Position numbers and translations under genes: made by a program
In this document: positions 27,254 through 37,081 of the stretch, in pieces
Layout: the number at the start of each line of letters is the position of its first letter
Position numbering within the stretch: the first letter of the stretch is position 1
Notes under the pieces: model-generated
The model's input: the letters and a program-made list of their open reading frames with translations, nothing else
Told to the model about the DNA's origin: nothing
Database searches by the model: none
Source of the DNA: an uncultured virus (IMG/VR IMGVR_UViG_3300022468_000269)
Lineage: Duplodnaviria; Heunggongvirae; Uroviricota; Caudoviricetes
IMG/VR virus record: IMGVR_UViG_3300022468_000269
DNA: 64,000 nt
Reading direction: 5' to 3' (one strand)

Positions 27254-29460
27254 CGCTTACGCTCGTAACGGTATCGGGCCAAGTGACTTTGCCGGATGGT
27301 TCAACCCCCACAAGCGGGAAAATAATCTTCAAACTGGCGCGCTGGGATAGCGAGGGAAGCGCAGTTGTTATCCCCGACAAGGTGCAGGCGGCCATAACAG
27401 GCGGCAATGTCTCCGTCGAAGTGTGGGCATCAGCCGAAGGCGAGAATGATGTTTATTACCAGATCATCGCGCAATATTATTCCACTGAGTTTCGGCGGAT
27501 CGTGGATGTGGTTTTGGCGCAATCTGTCAGTGTTCCGGCGCTTTCGCCTGTCAATCTGTCGTCGCTGATCGAGCAAATCTATATCCCCGAGGTGCGGCAA
27601 TCGGTGATCGGCGTTGTCCGAGCCGACCGCATACTTGCGCAGGACGCAGCGACCCGTGCCGAGGCCGTAGTGCCATTCGCCAACGTTGCGGAAGTCATCA
27701 GCGATACAGGCTTTTCCTACAGCACTGTAACGACGGGGCAGATCCTGCGCACGGCGGATGAGGGTTTCGCCTATGAGGTGGCGGCGTCCGGGGCGTCAGA
27801 TCACGACATAACAACGGCAGGCGGCGTCAAGCTATATGTGCAACCTGTGGCGGGCCAGCTTCCATTGCTTGCATTCGGAAGCCCTGGCGACGGGACATCA
27901 GATTTTTCCGCTGCCGTCCAAAAAGCCTTAAATGCTGCGGCAACGCGCGGCATCATGGAAATTGTAGCCCCCGCTGGGCGGTATGGTATCGGAACAGCAA
28001 TTGCATGGCCGCAATTGGCGTCTGTCCGCATTGTCGGGATGGGGTATAAACTCCTGCCCATTATCGGGACGCTATCTGAGAAACGGGGCGGAACTTGGTT
28101 CCGTCGCATCTCTGATGTGGCAATTTTTGACATGACTGGCGTTAGCAGCTTATCAGGTGGCCCGCTGACGCACAGGCCAAATTTATCTGGTTTGTTGCTT
28201 GATGGGGCTGGGCTTACGGCCCCTCTAATTGAGGCGCATTCTTGCACTGAATTGGTTGTCGACAACTGTGGCTTTATCGGAGTGGATGGTGTCGGCATAG
28301 ACGCCTTGGAGTTATTCGACAGCAGATTCACCAACTGCCGGTTTACAGAAATGGGCAAAGCGGATGGCACTGCTTGTATAGCTTTGCGCTCTGGCTTTGA
28401 CGGGCGAGAGTCCTCTAACCAGATTCATTTTACTGGGTGCGTTTGGGAAAGCTTTCCGGGCAGCGCCATATCTGCGAGAAAGTTTGATTCCGGCTCCATT
28501 GATGTAAACGAGATTTATTTTACGAACTGCAAAATGGAAACTGCAACCGGGGCAACGCCAATCCTTGATTTGCAGGATGTGTCAGGGATACACTTTGGGC
28601 TGTTACAACTAGCTTTGGCGGGTGACGTATCCGACACCATAGCCTCTCTTGTGTCTTTTACAGATTCGTCGGACATTTCTGGAACATTGCACGTCGAACT
28701 TTTCCGATCCACCGGGGCTACAGTTACCAATCATGTAGTTCTAACCAACTGTGCAAACGTTGCCTTGCAGGTTTTTGATTATGGGGAACGCGATGTTGCA
28801 TCGGGCATTTCGTGTTCGTCAAGCGTTGTGAACCCGTCAATCCAGTATGATTATGTCGGCTTGCTGAAGACGACAGTCGGAACAAGTTTCTCGCCTTTCA
28901 TAAATTCCCGAGGTCGCGGAAGATTGCAGGGTAAATCGGCGTCCCCGGCGTTGTTGCTGGACCGCAGCGATATAGCCGACGAACTGTGGGATTTGGCTGC
29001 GATTAGCGCAGATGGTGCCGGTTCCCGCTGGGAAATTACCCACAACGGAACACCCGTTCTCCGTATTAACGATGACAATACGATAACAAACCTCTTTGCG
29101 ATGGTGTTGGGGGCATCGGTCAATGTCAACAATAACAGGCTGGCAAATATTTCCGCAATGAGTCGAAATGCTTGGGCTATAATCACGAGTATTGCGGGTG
29201 GTGTTCTGGCTTGCGCTAATGACGACCATATTGTTGTGAACGCTAGTGGGGGAGGGAACGTTACTGATATAACGTCAAGTTTGTCAGGCATTCCTACCGT
29301 GACAATTAGAAACGTTGATGCGTCAGCGGTTACGTTTGTTCACAACACATCGAAGCTTCGTTGTATAGGTGCGGTGGATAAGGTCGTCAACCAGCATGAG
29401 TCAATCCAATTTGCCTTGGTTAGCGGGACTATCTGGCAGCAGGTTGGTGGTAAGGTATAA
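27250..29460 (+). CDS. tailspike / polysaccharide depolymerase (beta-helix)
   Basis: FGSPGDGTSDFSAAVQKAL...PAGRY pectate-lyase-like cap followed by beta-helix rungs; GC falls after ~27850. Confidence 0.8.
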   Translation: MTLTLVTVSGQVTLPDGSTPTSGKIIFKLARWDSEGSAVVIPDKVQAAITGGNVSVEVWASAEGENDVYYQIIAQYYSTEFRRIVDVVLAQSVSVPALSPVNLSSLIEQIYIPEVRQSVIGVVRADRILAQDAATRAEAVVPFANVAEVISDTGFSYSTVTTGQILRTADEGFAYEVAASGASDHDITTAGGVKLYVQPVAGQLPLLAFGSPGDGTSDFSAAVQKALNAAATRGIMEIVAPAGRYGIGTAIAWPQLASVRIVGMGYKLLPIIGTLSEKRGGTWFRRISDVAIFDMTGVSSLSGGPLTHRPNLSGLLLDGAGLTAPLIEAHSCTELVVDNCGFIGVDGVGIDALELFDSRFTNCRFTEMGKADGTACIALRSGFDGRESSNQIHFTGCVWESFPGSAISARKFDSGSIDVNEIYFTNCKMETATGATPILDLQDVSGIHFGLLQLALAGDVSDTIASLVSFTDSSDISGTLHVELFRSTGATVTNHVVLTNCANVALQVFDYGERDVASGISCSSSVVNPSIQYDYVGLLKTTVGTSFSPFINSRGRGRLQGKSASPALLLDRSDIADELWDLAAISADGAGSRWEITHNGTPVLRINDDNTITNLFAMVLGASVNVNNNRLANISAMSRNAWAIITSIAGGVLACANDDHIVVNASGGGNVTDITSSLSGIPTVTIRNVDASAVTFVHNTSKLRCIGAVDKVVNQHESIQFALVSGTIWQQVGGKV

Positions 29461-29481
29461 AGGTAACTGCGTTACTAACTG

Positions 29482-29520
29482 AAAAGGCCCCAAGGAGAAA
29501 TCCAAGGGGCCTAATCATTT
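29482..29520. terminator. probably bidirectional intrinsic terminator between convergent genes
   Basis: AAAAGGCCCC-AA-GGA-GAAA-TCC-AA-GGGGCCT; T tract on minus strand. Confidence 0.75.
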
Positions 29521-29735
29521 CACGGTGCAGGTGGTACTTCCAAACAGTAGTCTTCTACGTATGGAAACCTTTGTCGGAGTAGTTCTGCTTCTACTACACC
29601 AGTCTCATTACACAGTTCTTCTGTAGCAAAGAGACTAGCCTTCCAACTCAGTACCCGGCACTCTGATACCATGTCTGCTGCCTCTAGTGAACCGGGATGG
29701 TGTACTTGGCAGACAAGAGCCAGTAGGTGAAACAT
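29520..29735 (-). CDS. hypothetical protein
   Basis: 71-aa ORF coupled to upstream gene. Confidence 0.55.
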   Translation of the reverse strand: MFHLLALVCQVHHPGSLEAADMVSECRVLSWKASLFATEELCNETGVVEAELLRQRFPYVEDYCLEVPPAP

Positions 29736-29932
29736 TACTCTTCAACCACTACTTCTTCAGGCACATGGTTACCCATCAGGTCAGGGCAGGAAGGGTTGTT
29801 GAAGTAGTTAGTACCTTCAACCTGAACCTGTTGAGCAGGGTCACACCCAGTATCACGATAACCGTCTTGCACATGACCACCTTGGGCAACAAGCAGTCCA
29901 ACAGCGATAGCACCAGCAGTAATAAAGTCCAT
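29735..29932 (-). CDS. small exported protein
   Basis: MDFITAGAIAVGLLVAQGG signal-like N-terminus, GGAG SD. Confidence 0.6.
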   Translation of the reverse strand: MDFITAGAIAVGLLVAQGGHVQDGYRDTGCDPAQQVQVEGTNYFNNPSCPDLMGNHVPEEVVVEE

Positions 29933-29933
29933 A

Positions 29934-30368
29934 TTATTTCTCCATTTTGTTGATAAGAAGTTCAGCATAGTGTATTACTTTACGGAGGTCTTCAATGCCT
30001 CCCTTTTGTTTGTAACGGCAAGTATACTTGATGATGTTGCCCTCACAAAATCCTAGTTCGTTGGCTAGGATAAACTCTACAGGTTGGATAGCCATATCTT
30101 TGTAGTGTTGGCCACCTACCTGTTTTTCTAGTGGTGTCTTTTCAGGTGTGTACGTATAAGTTATATCACTAGCAGGTTGTACATTCACCTCAATCTTTGG
30201 TCCTTTGTAGAAGCGTGGCTCATCTTGGTATTGATGTATCATGGGAGAGTCAAAGTCCATCTCTTTCTGTTCCTTTGCTTCACTCATTTCTTTGATAGCT
30301 TTCTGTAGGCGTTTGTTCTGATACTCGTGACCTACTGCTGAAAGAACAGAACCGTTAATGAACTCCAT
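29934..30368 (-). CDS. DUF3310 (T7 gp1.7-like nucleotide kinase) protein
   Basis: QVGGQHYK...QPVEFI...FCEGNIIKY..RYKQKGGIEDLRK. Confidence 0.85.
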   Translation of the reverse strand: MEFINGSVLSAVGHEYQNKRLQKAIKEMSEAKEQKEMDFDSPMIHQYQDEPRFYKGPKIEVNVQPASDITYTYTPEKTPLEKQVGGQHYKDMAIQPVEFILANELGFCEGNIIKYTCRYKQKGGIEDLRKVIHYAELLINKMEK

Positions 30369-30647
30369 CAGGTTTCCTTTTCAATTCAAACCCAATCTTA
30401 ATTGGTCTCTCCAGTAAGAATGGCCTACCATTTTGATCAAGAACTTTTGACTCTCTGTAGTCTTCTACTATAATGTCTGGGTTCGGAGTCCAACCAGAGT
30501 AACTACTACGGTTCATCTCTTTCCTCCTCTTCCATAGCTTCCCTAAGGATTGTCTCAAGACCTTTCTGAACCAAGAACCTGATGAACTCATCGTCAGCCT
30601 CAAGGTCTACAACACCATCTTCTAGGACTTCTAGTTTGTAGACTTGC

Positions 30648-30676
30648 ATTATAGTACCTTTCTATAGTTCTGTCAA
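30648..30676 (-). promoter_or_regulatory. consensus sigma70 promoter
   Basis: TTGACA-N17-TATAAT exact match on minus strand. Confidence 0.85.
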
Positions 30677-30681
30677 CAGGT

Positions 30682-32478
30682 TTATTCACATGTCCTCAAG
30701 CCAGTAGAGGGGTCATAGTAGCAAGCTCCTCCGTCTGTCTCATTTACAAAGCTGTCCACGCTTTCTTCTCCTGCGTCTGCCACATCCTCAACTGCTGAGG
30801 CATTGAGAATACCGTAGCGTTTGCCGGATGATCTGAACGTAGTGCAACCACTGGCTCCTCCCCGATAAGCCTCCATATATACTCGTTTAAAGTCATCCCA
30901 GTTTACCTCATCTCCTACGTTACAGGTCTTAGAGCAAGCAGAGTCAACATACTTGCTGGCTACGTTCAGTACTTTGACATGATCAAAGACAGATAGTTCA
31001 TTAGCAGTCTTACCCTTTACTCCAAACACTCGGTAGCCGTAGTCTTCCACTCGTTCAACGATGGCTCCATTGAATGTTTGGATAGTTCTGTCGTAGTAAT
31101 GTGAGAATACAGGCTCAATCCCGCTGCTAACATTATCAGCAGAGAGGCTAATGGTTCCGGTAGGAGCCACACTAAGCAGATGACTATTACGAATACCATA
31201 ATTGCGGATATCATCTTGGATGTACCTCGGTAGGGTTTGAGCAAAGCCAGACTGTAGGTATTTCTCTGCATCAAACAGTGGGAATGGACCTTTCTCAATA
31301 GCCAACGATACAGAGGCACGGTAGGTTGTATCTCGGATCACACCCATGACTTCCTCAGTCCACTCAAGGAACTCAGGAGAGCCGTAGGGGTAGCCTAGAG
31401 CCTCTCCAGCATTAGCCAAGCCAGTCACCCCTAGTCCCATCCTACGCTTGCTACGGGCCTCCTCTGCTTGCTGTGGAAGGGGGAAGATGGCCCTGTCTAC
31501 CACATTGTCCATAGCACGTACAACTGGTACGATGTCATGCTTCAGAAGCTCATAGTCAAAGTAGAACTCATTACCGGGTTGGATGTTACGAATGTATTTC
31601 ACTAGGTTGAAGGAGCCAAGGAGACAGGCACCGTAGGGTGGTAGTGGCTGTTCCCCACAGGGGTTGGTGGTAGCGATAGTCTCACAGTACCAGAGGTTAT
31701 TCTTCTGGTTGATACGATCAATGAACAGGATACCCGGCTCTGCCCAGTCCCAAGTACTACGAAGGATATCATCCCACAGAGCCTTGGCACTGACAGTCTT
31801 GTAAGCCTTGCCTTCAAAGACAAGATCAAACATGGTGTTGTTCTCTACAGCTTCCATGAACTTGTCAGTGATGCCTACAGAGATATTGAATTGAGTCAGG
31901 TTGGTGGAGTTGTTTTTGGCTTTGATGAACTCTTCAATGTCGGGGTGATCGACACGAAGTACTCCCATTTGAGCGCCTCTTCGATGGCCCGCCGATGCGA
32001 TTGTTTTACAGAGCGCATCGAAGATACCCATGAAACTAATTGGTCCGGAGCTACGACTGTCCAGCGACCTGATGTGGTCTCCACGAGGCCGAAGCGTGCT
32101 GAAGTCATAGCCGATACCTCCTCCAAGGCGCATAGTCTCAGCAGCTTCCTTTGCTGCCTCCATGATACCATCCATAGAATCAGGGAGGGTACGACTGACA
32201 AAACAATTGTATGGTGTTACAGCACGGGGAGCACCCATAGCTGCCTGTACCCTTCCTGCTGGTAGGAAGCGTTGCTCTAGTAGTGTCTCTCGGAAGAGAC
32301 GGTAATGTTCTTCATCATCCTTCAGTGCATCAGCAACACGAGTCATAGCTTCCTTGAATGACTCCCCTTTGCTGCGGTATTTCATCTTATGAATTTCTTC
32401 AGAGATGCCAAGCTTAGGTCCGTATTCTTTAATCAATCGTAGTGCTCCTCTTCTCCGTATGTACTTGTATAGTTCCAT
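30682..32478 (-). CDS. nrdJ: class II (adenosylcobalamin-dependent) ribonucleotide reductase
   Basis: FLPAGR, NCFV, TNPCGEQPLPPYGACLLGS, APTGTIS, C-terminal Cys pair; no beta-subunit gene nearby; true start probably ~32436. Confidence 0.88.
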   Translation of the reverse strand: MELYKYIRRRGALRLIKEYGPKLGISEEIHKMKYRSKGESFKEAMTRVADALKDDEEHYRLFRETLLEQRFLPAGRVQAAMGAPRAVTPYNCFVSRTLPDSMDGIMEAAKEAAETMRLGGGIGYDFSTLRPRGDHIRSLDSRSSGPISFMGIFDALCKTIASAGHRRGAQMGVLRVDHPDIEEFIKAKNNSTNLTQFNISVGITDKFMEAVENNTMFDLVFEGKAYKTVSAKALWDDILRSTWDWAEPGILFIDRINQKNNLWYCETIATTNPCGEQPLPPYGACLLGSFNLVKYIRNIQPGNEFYFDYELLKHDIVPVVRAMDNVVDRAIFPLPQQAEEARSKRRMGLGVTGLANAGEALGYPYGSPEFLEWTEEVMGVIRDTTYRASVSLAIEKGPFPLFDAEKYLQSGFAQTLPRYIQDDIRNYGIRNSHLLSVAPTGTISLSADNVSSGIEPVFSHYYDRTIQTFNGAIVERVEDYGYRVFGVKGKTANELSVFDHVKVLNVASKYVDSACSKTCNVGDEVNWDDFKRVYMEAYRGGASGCTTFRSSGKRYGILNASAVEDVADAGEESVDSFVNETDGGACYYDPSTGLRTCE

Positions 32479-32654
32479 TCAAGAATGACTGCTTCATCTC
32501 CTAGAACAATCTTACCCTTGTCTACTCCATGTCTTTTGGTCATAAAGGGGACGAAGGAAGGCCATAGGTTCTTGATCACAACTTCTTCATCATAGCAGTC
32601 CATAGTGTCGTTGATGGTAATTTGTAGATTAAAGATTGTCTGTTCTCTACTCAT
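32433..32654 (-). CDS. hypothetical protein
   Basis: Coupled 73-aa ORF. Confidence 0.6.
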   Translation of the reverse strand: MSREQTIFNLQITINDTMDCYDEEVVIKNLWPSFVPFMTKRHGVDKGKIVLGDEAVILEWNYTSTYGEEEHYD

Positions 32655-33028
32655 CGGTTATCTCCATCCCCACGTAGGACATTACGTTCAGCACGATCAG
32701 TCAGCTTGTCTACGTTCTGCTGTGCAATGTCAGACATATAGACTTCCAGTTCAGTACAGGCTCGGGCAAGGTACCAAAGCACATCACCCAGTTCAGCAGC
32801 AAGAGCGTCACGGTTTACCTTATCACCACGAAGAATTTTCTTGACCTTACCAGCAAACTCTCCTGCTTCATTGACCAGACCAAGAGCTACATACTCTAGA
32901 GCCTTGTCCTCAGGGTATATAGCGGTACTGTCTGTCCAGTCTTGGTACTCATCAAACTTGTACCAACGACCCATCTCTTCTTCGTCTACAGCCTGAGCCA
33001 ATAGCATGTCATAGTATTCAGTCGTCAT
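32651..33028 (-). CDS. mazG: MazG-like NTP pyrophosphohydrolase
   Basis: LGLVNEAGEFAGKVKK...ELGDVLWY...NVDKL..R. Confidence 0.9.
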   Translation of the reverse strand: MTTEYYDMLLAQAVDEEEMGRWYKFDEYQDWTDSTAIYPEDKALEYVALGLVNEAGEFAGKVKKILRGDKVNRDALAAELGDVLWYLARACTELEVYMSDIAQQNVDKLTDRAERNVLRGDGDNR

Positions 33029-33176
33029 CTTCTACATCCTCAAATTTATATTCTTCTGGATCAAACAGTCCACGTTCAATAAGAATCTCTAGGACTGTCA
33101 ACTCTTCAATATCATTCTGGATAAGTAGGGTCTCTAGGCCATAATCCTCCAACAGTTTCTCAAGTAGCTTGTCCAC
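33018..33176 (-). CDS. small acidic hypothetical protein
   Basis: Manual translation (GTG start) DKLLEKLLEDYGLETLLIQNDIEE...; GGAGG SD. Confidence 0.6.
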   Translation of the reverse strand: MDKLLEKLLEDYGLETLLIQNDIEELTVLEILIERGLFDPEEYKFEDVEDDD

Positions 33177-33429
33177 CCTTTACCTCCAAGATTTGTTTTA
33201 GAGCTAGTTGAAGCTCCTTTATTGCTTTTTCTTTTTCTTGTAGTTGTTCTTTTAATGTACTTATCATACCATTTAGAACTTCTATCTTTGTATCATTAAA
33301 GTCTTTAGGAGCATTATGGGGTGGTCGTGGTGATAGGTTCCACATACCGGGGTCTGGTTTAAGTGTTGTATGAGACTCGATAGTGTACTCTAGTGCCTTG
33401 TTGTAAGCATCCTTGATACCTTTATCCAT
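33160..33429 (-). CDS. coiled-coil hypothetical protein
   Basis: 89-aa coupled ORF. Confidence 0.55.
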   Translation of the reverse strand: MDKGIKDAYNKALEYTIESHTTLKPDPGMWNLSPRPPHNAPKDFNDTKIEVLNGMISTLKEQLQEKEKAIKELQLALKQILEVKGGQAT

Positions 33430-34192
33430 AGGTCTTCCTCATACGGTCAATTGATACCCACTCCAGATCATACCTACCATCTTCAAAGTCTCGTAGGATG
33501 GCTAGACCGGGTTGCCAGAGTTGGTTTACATTACCCGCCCATTTGCTTTCATAGTCTTGGTAGACGCCACATACCAGACCCATAATTGTCTTACCGTCAG
33601 CACGTGAGGCAACAGAATAATCAAAAGTATGGGAGTGAGCACAGATAGAAGAGCAGTGGTTTTTGGCAAGAAGAGAAGCAGCATGATTAATACCGCCGAT
33701 TGGACGACCCATGATACCACTGATAAAATAATGAGCAAAGAGAACACCATCCAGATTAAAGATACCGGGTGTTTGCCCTGAGTATGGAATGACTTTATCA
33801 TAGTACCTCTCGAACTCTAGATGCTTGGTGCTGATACCATACTTAGCTCCTGCAAGGTGGGGTTCGTACTCTAGTACCTTGTTGATACGATGCTCATGGT
33901 TACCTACCAAGACAATAGACTCAGGCTTACGCTTCTTAGCCTTGTTGATTGGTGCCCACATACGTTCTTGGAAGTCTAGATGGGCCTCAATATCTTTCTC
34001 ATAGGAAGCAGAGTTGAATGAAGCTTTACCTTTGTCATAGGAGGACAGGGAAGGTAGGTCTGCTGCATCACCCATATTGACCAGCACATCAGGCTTGAGG
34101 TCTACGATCAACTTACCTACCCAGTCAGCACGATTGTTGTGGTGCAATCGGTGGGCATGTTGGTCTGGTAGTACGAGTACTATTTTACTCAT
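33422..34192 (-). CDS. calcineurin-like metallophosphoesterase
   Basis: PDQH, GDAAD, GNHE, AHSH motifs. Confidence 0.88.
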   Translation of the reverse strand: MSKIVLVLPDQHAHRLHHNNRADWVGKLIVDLKPDVLVNMGDAADLPSLSSYDKGKASFNSASYEKDIEAHLDFQERMWAPINKAKKRKPESIVLVGNHEHRINKVLEYEPHLAGAKYGISTKHLEFERYYDKVIPYSGQTPGIFNLDGVLFAHYFISGIMGRPIGGINHAASLLAKNHCSSICAHSHTFDYSVASRADGKTIMGLVCGVYQDYESKWAGNVNQLWQPGLAILRDFEDGRYDLEWVSIDRMRKTYG

Positions 34193-34306
34193 TCAACTGT
34201 TCCTTTGTTTGACAATCATAGACTACAATAGAAGATTTGTTAGTTTCTTGTAGTACCCCAAGTACTCCTATTGCAAAGATTAGTATAAAGAACGGTACAG
34301 GTTCCA

Positions 34307-34507
34307 TCAGTCAACCTTTCCAAAGAACATAAGCCATACCATCACTGGCCAGAAGGGGATGTTAAGGAAAATCCAAGACAGTTTATACACTAGAGGCATA
34401 GGCTTACCAAAGTACAAAGTGCCGTAGTCATCGAAGTCTTTACGGAAGACGATGAATGTTGCAATGATAGCAAAGATAATGCCAACAGTCAAGTAGAGTT
34501 CAAGCAT
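34307..34507 (-). CDS. small membrane protein
   Basis: Two hydrophobic segments. Confidence 0.55.
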   Translation of the reverse strand: MLELYLTVGIIFAIIATFIVFRKDFDDYGTLYFGKPMPLVYKLSWIFLNIPFWPVMVWLMFFGKVD

Positions 34508-34667
34508 TTAGTTTCCTTTCACATCTTCATTAATGATCTTAATAGAGTACGAGTGGCCTAGAGCACCAAACCAATTATCAAAAGACTCTTCGATAATTTC
34601 TCTCCATTCCATAGCCTCCTCTTTTGTCTCAAAAGAAAATACTGATGCTTCAATAGAGTAGTTATTT

Positions 34668-35018
34668 TTAGCCATTCAATCTCTCCAAAAGTTCAAAGTA
34701 ATGGTCTGCATCAACCACTACAAGGGGTTTACATCTGTCTTGTTTAACTACCAACAAAGGCTCCATACCTTTAGGAGCGTTAGTCTTACACTGTGAGTAC
34801 CAGTCAGAGATAGCAAGAGACTTCCTAGCTTTACACTCTATGCTGTAAGGGAAGAGCTTACGAGCAGCAGGAGAGAGTTGTACGTCTTCCCCTGACTGCC
34901 CCATAGCTGTAGACCTTACATCATCAGCATGTAGAGAAGGATGTAGCTTAAGGATCAAGTCTCTTACCATTTGTTGAAGCTTCCTACCCTTCTGTTTAGC
35001 TGATGCTACGGTTACCAT
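34668..35018 (-). CDS. Holliday-junction resolvase-like endonuclease
   Basis: SAKQKGRKLQQ...GEDVQLSPAA...SIECK. Confidence 0.8.
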   Translation of the reverse strand: MVTVASAKQKGRKLQQMVRDLILKLHPSLHADDVRSTAMGQSGEDVQLSPAARKLFPYSIECKARKSLAISDWYSQCKTNAPKGMEPLLVVKQDRCKPLVVVDADHYFELLERLNG

Positions 35019-35422
35019 TAGAACTCCAATGCTTCTAGATTAGCAGGAGTACCAAAGATAATATCAAACAACTTGATACGTTCTTCTCTAGTCTTGGCAT
35101 CAACAGTCTTGATAAGCTCAGTAGCCATACAGTACTTCTTGAAGAAGTCTGCTTTACTGGTTACGATGAAGTTAAGTACCCCCTTTTTATAGGAAGTAAA
35201 CTCTTGTTCAGGCCGCTCTGACCCACCTACGCCAAAACCCCAACGGTCTACTAGTTGTTTAGAAAGTTTATCCTCTGGATCAAAAACTACATAGTCATAG
35301 TCAGACAAATCTTTCCAACCACTTTTAGTAACTCTTGATCCAGTAGGCTTAACCCATAGGCCCATGTTAACTACTAGGGCTACTGTTGTCAAGTCTGACA
35401 TTTTGAGAGTATCATGTGACAT
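35018..35422 (-). CDS. putative minimal nucleotidyltransferase (Pol beta fold)
   Basis: TGSRV...SDYDYVV (GS + DxD). Confidence 0.5.
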   Translation of the reverse strand: MSHDTLKMSDLTTVALVVNMGLWVKPTGSRVTKSGWKDLSDYDYVVFDPEDKLSKQLVDRWGFGVGGSERPEQEFTSYKKGVLNFIVTSKADFFKKYCMATELIKTVDAKTREERIKLFDIIFGTPANLEALEF

Positions 35423-36273
35423 TATTTAATCTCCGGTACTTGTGGTGTTTTTACCACAGTTGTCAACCACACTGGACCAGTAGAGTACATAAACTTCCTA
35501 GCCTTGGGCCAGCATTCACTCTTATGGTCACAGTAACTACATCCAGCAGGAAGCTTCATGTTACCAGACTTACCTTCTGGTACTGGCTTGAAGCCTCTCT
35601 CTGGCTCAATAGGCAAGGCAGAGAATGCCTTCACCTCTTTGACTTTCCGTTCCAGTAGTGCAAGCTCAGGACTAAGATCGTAAATATCAAGACAGATATG
35701 ACCATGTTGTTTATCCATTACAAGGAAGGCACCGTGACTCTTGTTGGTAACCAGAGGGTCATCTTTACCAGCGTGAACATAGCCAGTAAGTTGTTGGATG
35801 TAACCAAAGGGATCATCAGCACGAAGGGAGTTGTACTTGAATTTGTTGAACCCAATCGTAGAGGCTGACTTTACATCCACTGTATACCCATCTATTACAG
35901 CGTCTCGGTGGCCCTTGATACCGTAGGCATAGCATTCGTCTTGTTCTCCTTCTACCTTGTGGCCTGCTGCCTTAGCTAGAGACAGAAGAAGAGCTTCTAC
36001 AATATCTCCATAAGCAAACTTGAGAAGAGTAGAAGGACTTAGTTCTGTTGCTGGAGTATCAGAGTTAAGATGGTACCAAAGCTTTCTATGACAAGGAGTA
36101 CCAATGTTACTCATACGTAGAGTCTTGGTATACTCTTCATCTGTCTTGGTGAACCTACGTTCCATAGTAGAACCAGCAAGAGCATTAAAGTATTCTGTTA
36201 CCGTCTTATCCCATCCACCTTTCTGTTTGATGACTTCATTTATGTCTTCAATTAGGGTATGGATTGATTTCAT
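35422..36273 (-). CDS. PD-(D/E)xK Cas4-like exonuclease
   Basis: RMSNIGTPCHRKLWY, GHRDAVID...DVKS, Q..GY, CSYCDHKSEC. Confidence 0.85.
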   Translation of the reverse strand: MKSIHTLIEDINEVIKQKGGWDKTVTEYFNALAGSTMERRFTKTDEEYTKTLRMSNIGTPCHRKLWYHLNSDTPATELSPSTLLKFAYGDIVEALLLSLAKAAGHKVEGEQDECYAYGIKGHRDAVIDGYTVDVKSASTIGFNKFKYNSLRADDPFGYIQQLTGYVHAGKDDPLVTNKSHGAFLVMDKQHGHICLDIYDLSPELALLERKVKEVKAFSALPIEPERGFKPVPEGKSGNMKLPAGCSYCDHKSECWPKARKFMYSTGPVWLTTVVKTPQVPEIK

Positions 36274-36463
36274 TCAATAGCTCCTCTACTTCTTTTTCAT
36301 TTAGGACACGCCATCCTGTAGCATTACACCCTGCTTCAAAGGCATCTTTCAATGCAGTTTTCCAGATATTGTACTCTGTCTCTCCATCAAAGTCATCAGC
36401 AGTCCACAGCTTATAAGAAGGGTGGTTATCAAACCATTCATCAAAGGCTTCTTTAAAGGTCAT
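36248..36463 (-). CDS. hypothetical protein
   Basis: MTFKEAFDEWF start with GAGG SD. Confidence 0.6.
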   Translation of the reverse strand: MTFKEAFDEWFDNHPSYKLWTADDFDGETEYNIWKTALKDAFEAGCNATGWRVLNEKEVEELLNEINPYPN

Positions 36464-36473
36464 AGTGTCCTCC

Positions 36474-36974
36474 TCAAAAAGGGATTTCTGAATTAGGTTT
36501 GAAAGTCTTAGGAGGAGCAGCCTCAGGCTCATCAGCCTTGGTAGGTCGCTCTTCCATCTCTGCTTTCTCCAACACCACAATCTTCTCCAGTCGAGTACCG
36601 GGTACCTTGGAGGTGGTGTAGACAGTAACCTCTACCTGAACCTTGGAGCCGTTAGGAAGGAAGCCATCAGTGCTGAAGTCCCAAGGGGTACCATCTGCCT
36701 TGACCACATCAGGGGCACCTGAGGCCCACTCAAAGCGGTCCTTGTGTTTACGAGTGAACTTGACAATGAAGTTGCCATCATCATCAAACTTACCCTTCTT
36801 GGCAGAACCAGAAGCCTTCAGCAGTGCTTTGTTCTCCTTGTCCAGCATAACATCAATGGTGTACATACCATCCCATGCTGCATAGGCATCCTCGAATCCT
36901 TTCATGTCTCGGTTGGACTCAAAGACCTTAGCCCAGTAGGAGGTGCCAGTAAAGGTGTGCTTAGATGTTGCCAT
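36474..36974 (-). CDS. ssb: single-stranded DNA-binding protein (T7 gp2.5-like)
   Basis: GTSYWAKVF...NGSKVQVEV; acidic tail ending EIPF. Confidence 0.75.
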   Translation of the reverse strand: MATSKHTFTGTSYWAKVFESNRDMKGFEDAYAAWDGMYTIDVMLDKENKALLKASGSAKKGKFDDDGNFIVKFTRKHKDRFEWASGAPDVVKADGTPWDFSTDGFLPNGSKVQVEVTVYTTSKVPGTRLEKIVVLEKAEMEERPTKADEPEAAPPKTFKPNSEIPF

Positions 36975-37081
36975 AGTTTAGTTCCTCTTTCATTGAAAAA
37001 TAGATATCCATCAAGCTCTCATGGAGCCAGTAGTTCTCTGTAGTCTTGAAGTAGTATGAGTCTTCTTTCTTAGTGTAGACC

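Larger units (their letters stand above)
1..29460. mobile_element. Phage 1: GC-rich temperate podovirus-type phage/prophage (left end truncated)
   Basis: Divergent cI/cro switch followed by replication, packaging, head, short-tail, ejection and fibre genes in lambdoid/P22-like order; no tape-measure gene; GC-rich codon usage. Confidence 0.9.

Noticed and set aside
25394..29460. Diversity-generating retroelement acting on fibres or mini-ORFs
   Set aside because: No reverse transcriptase and no TR/VR pair with adenine-specific differences seen.
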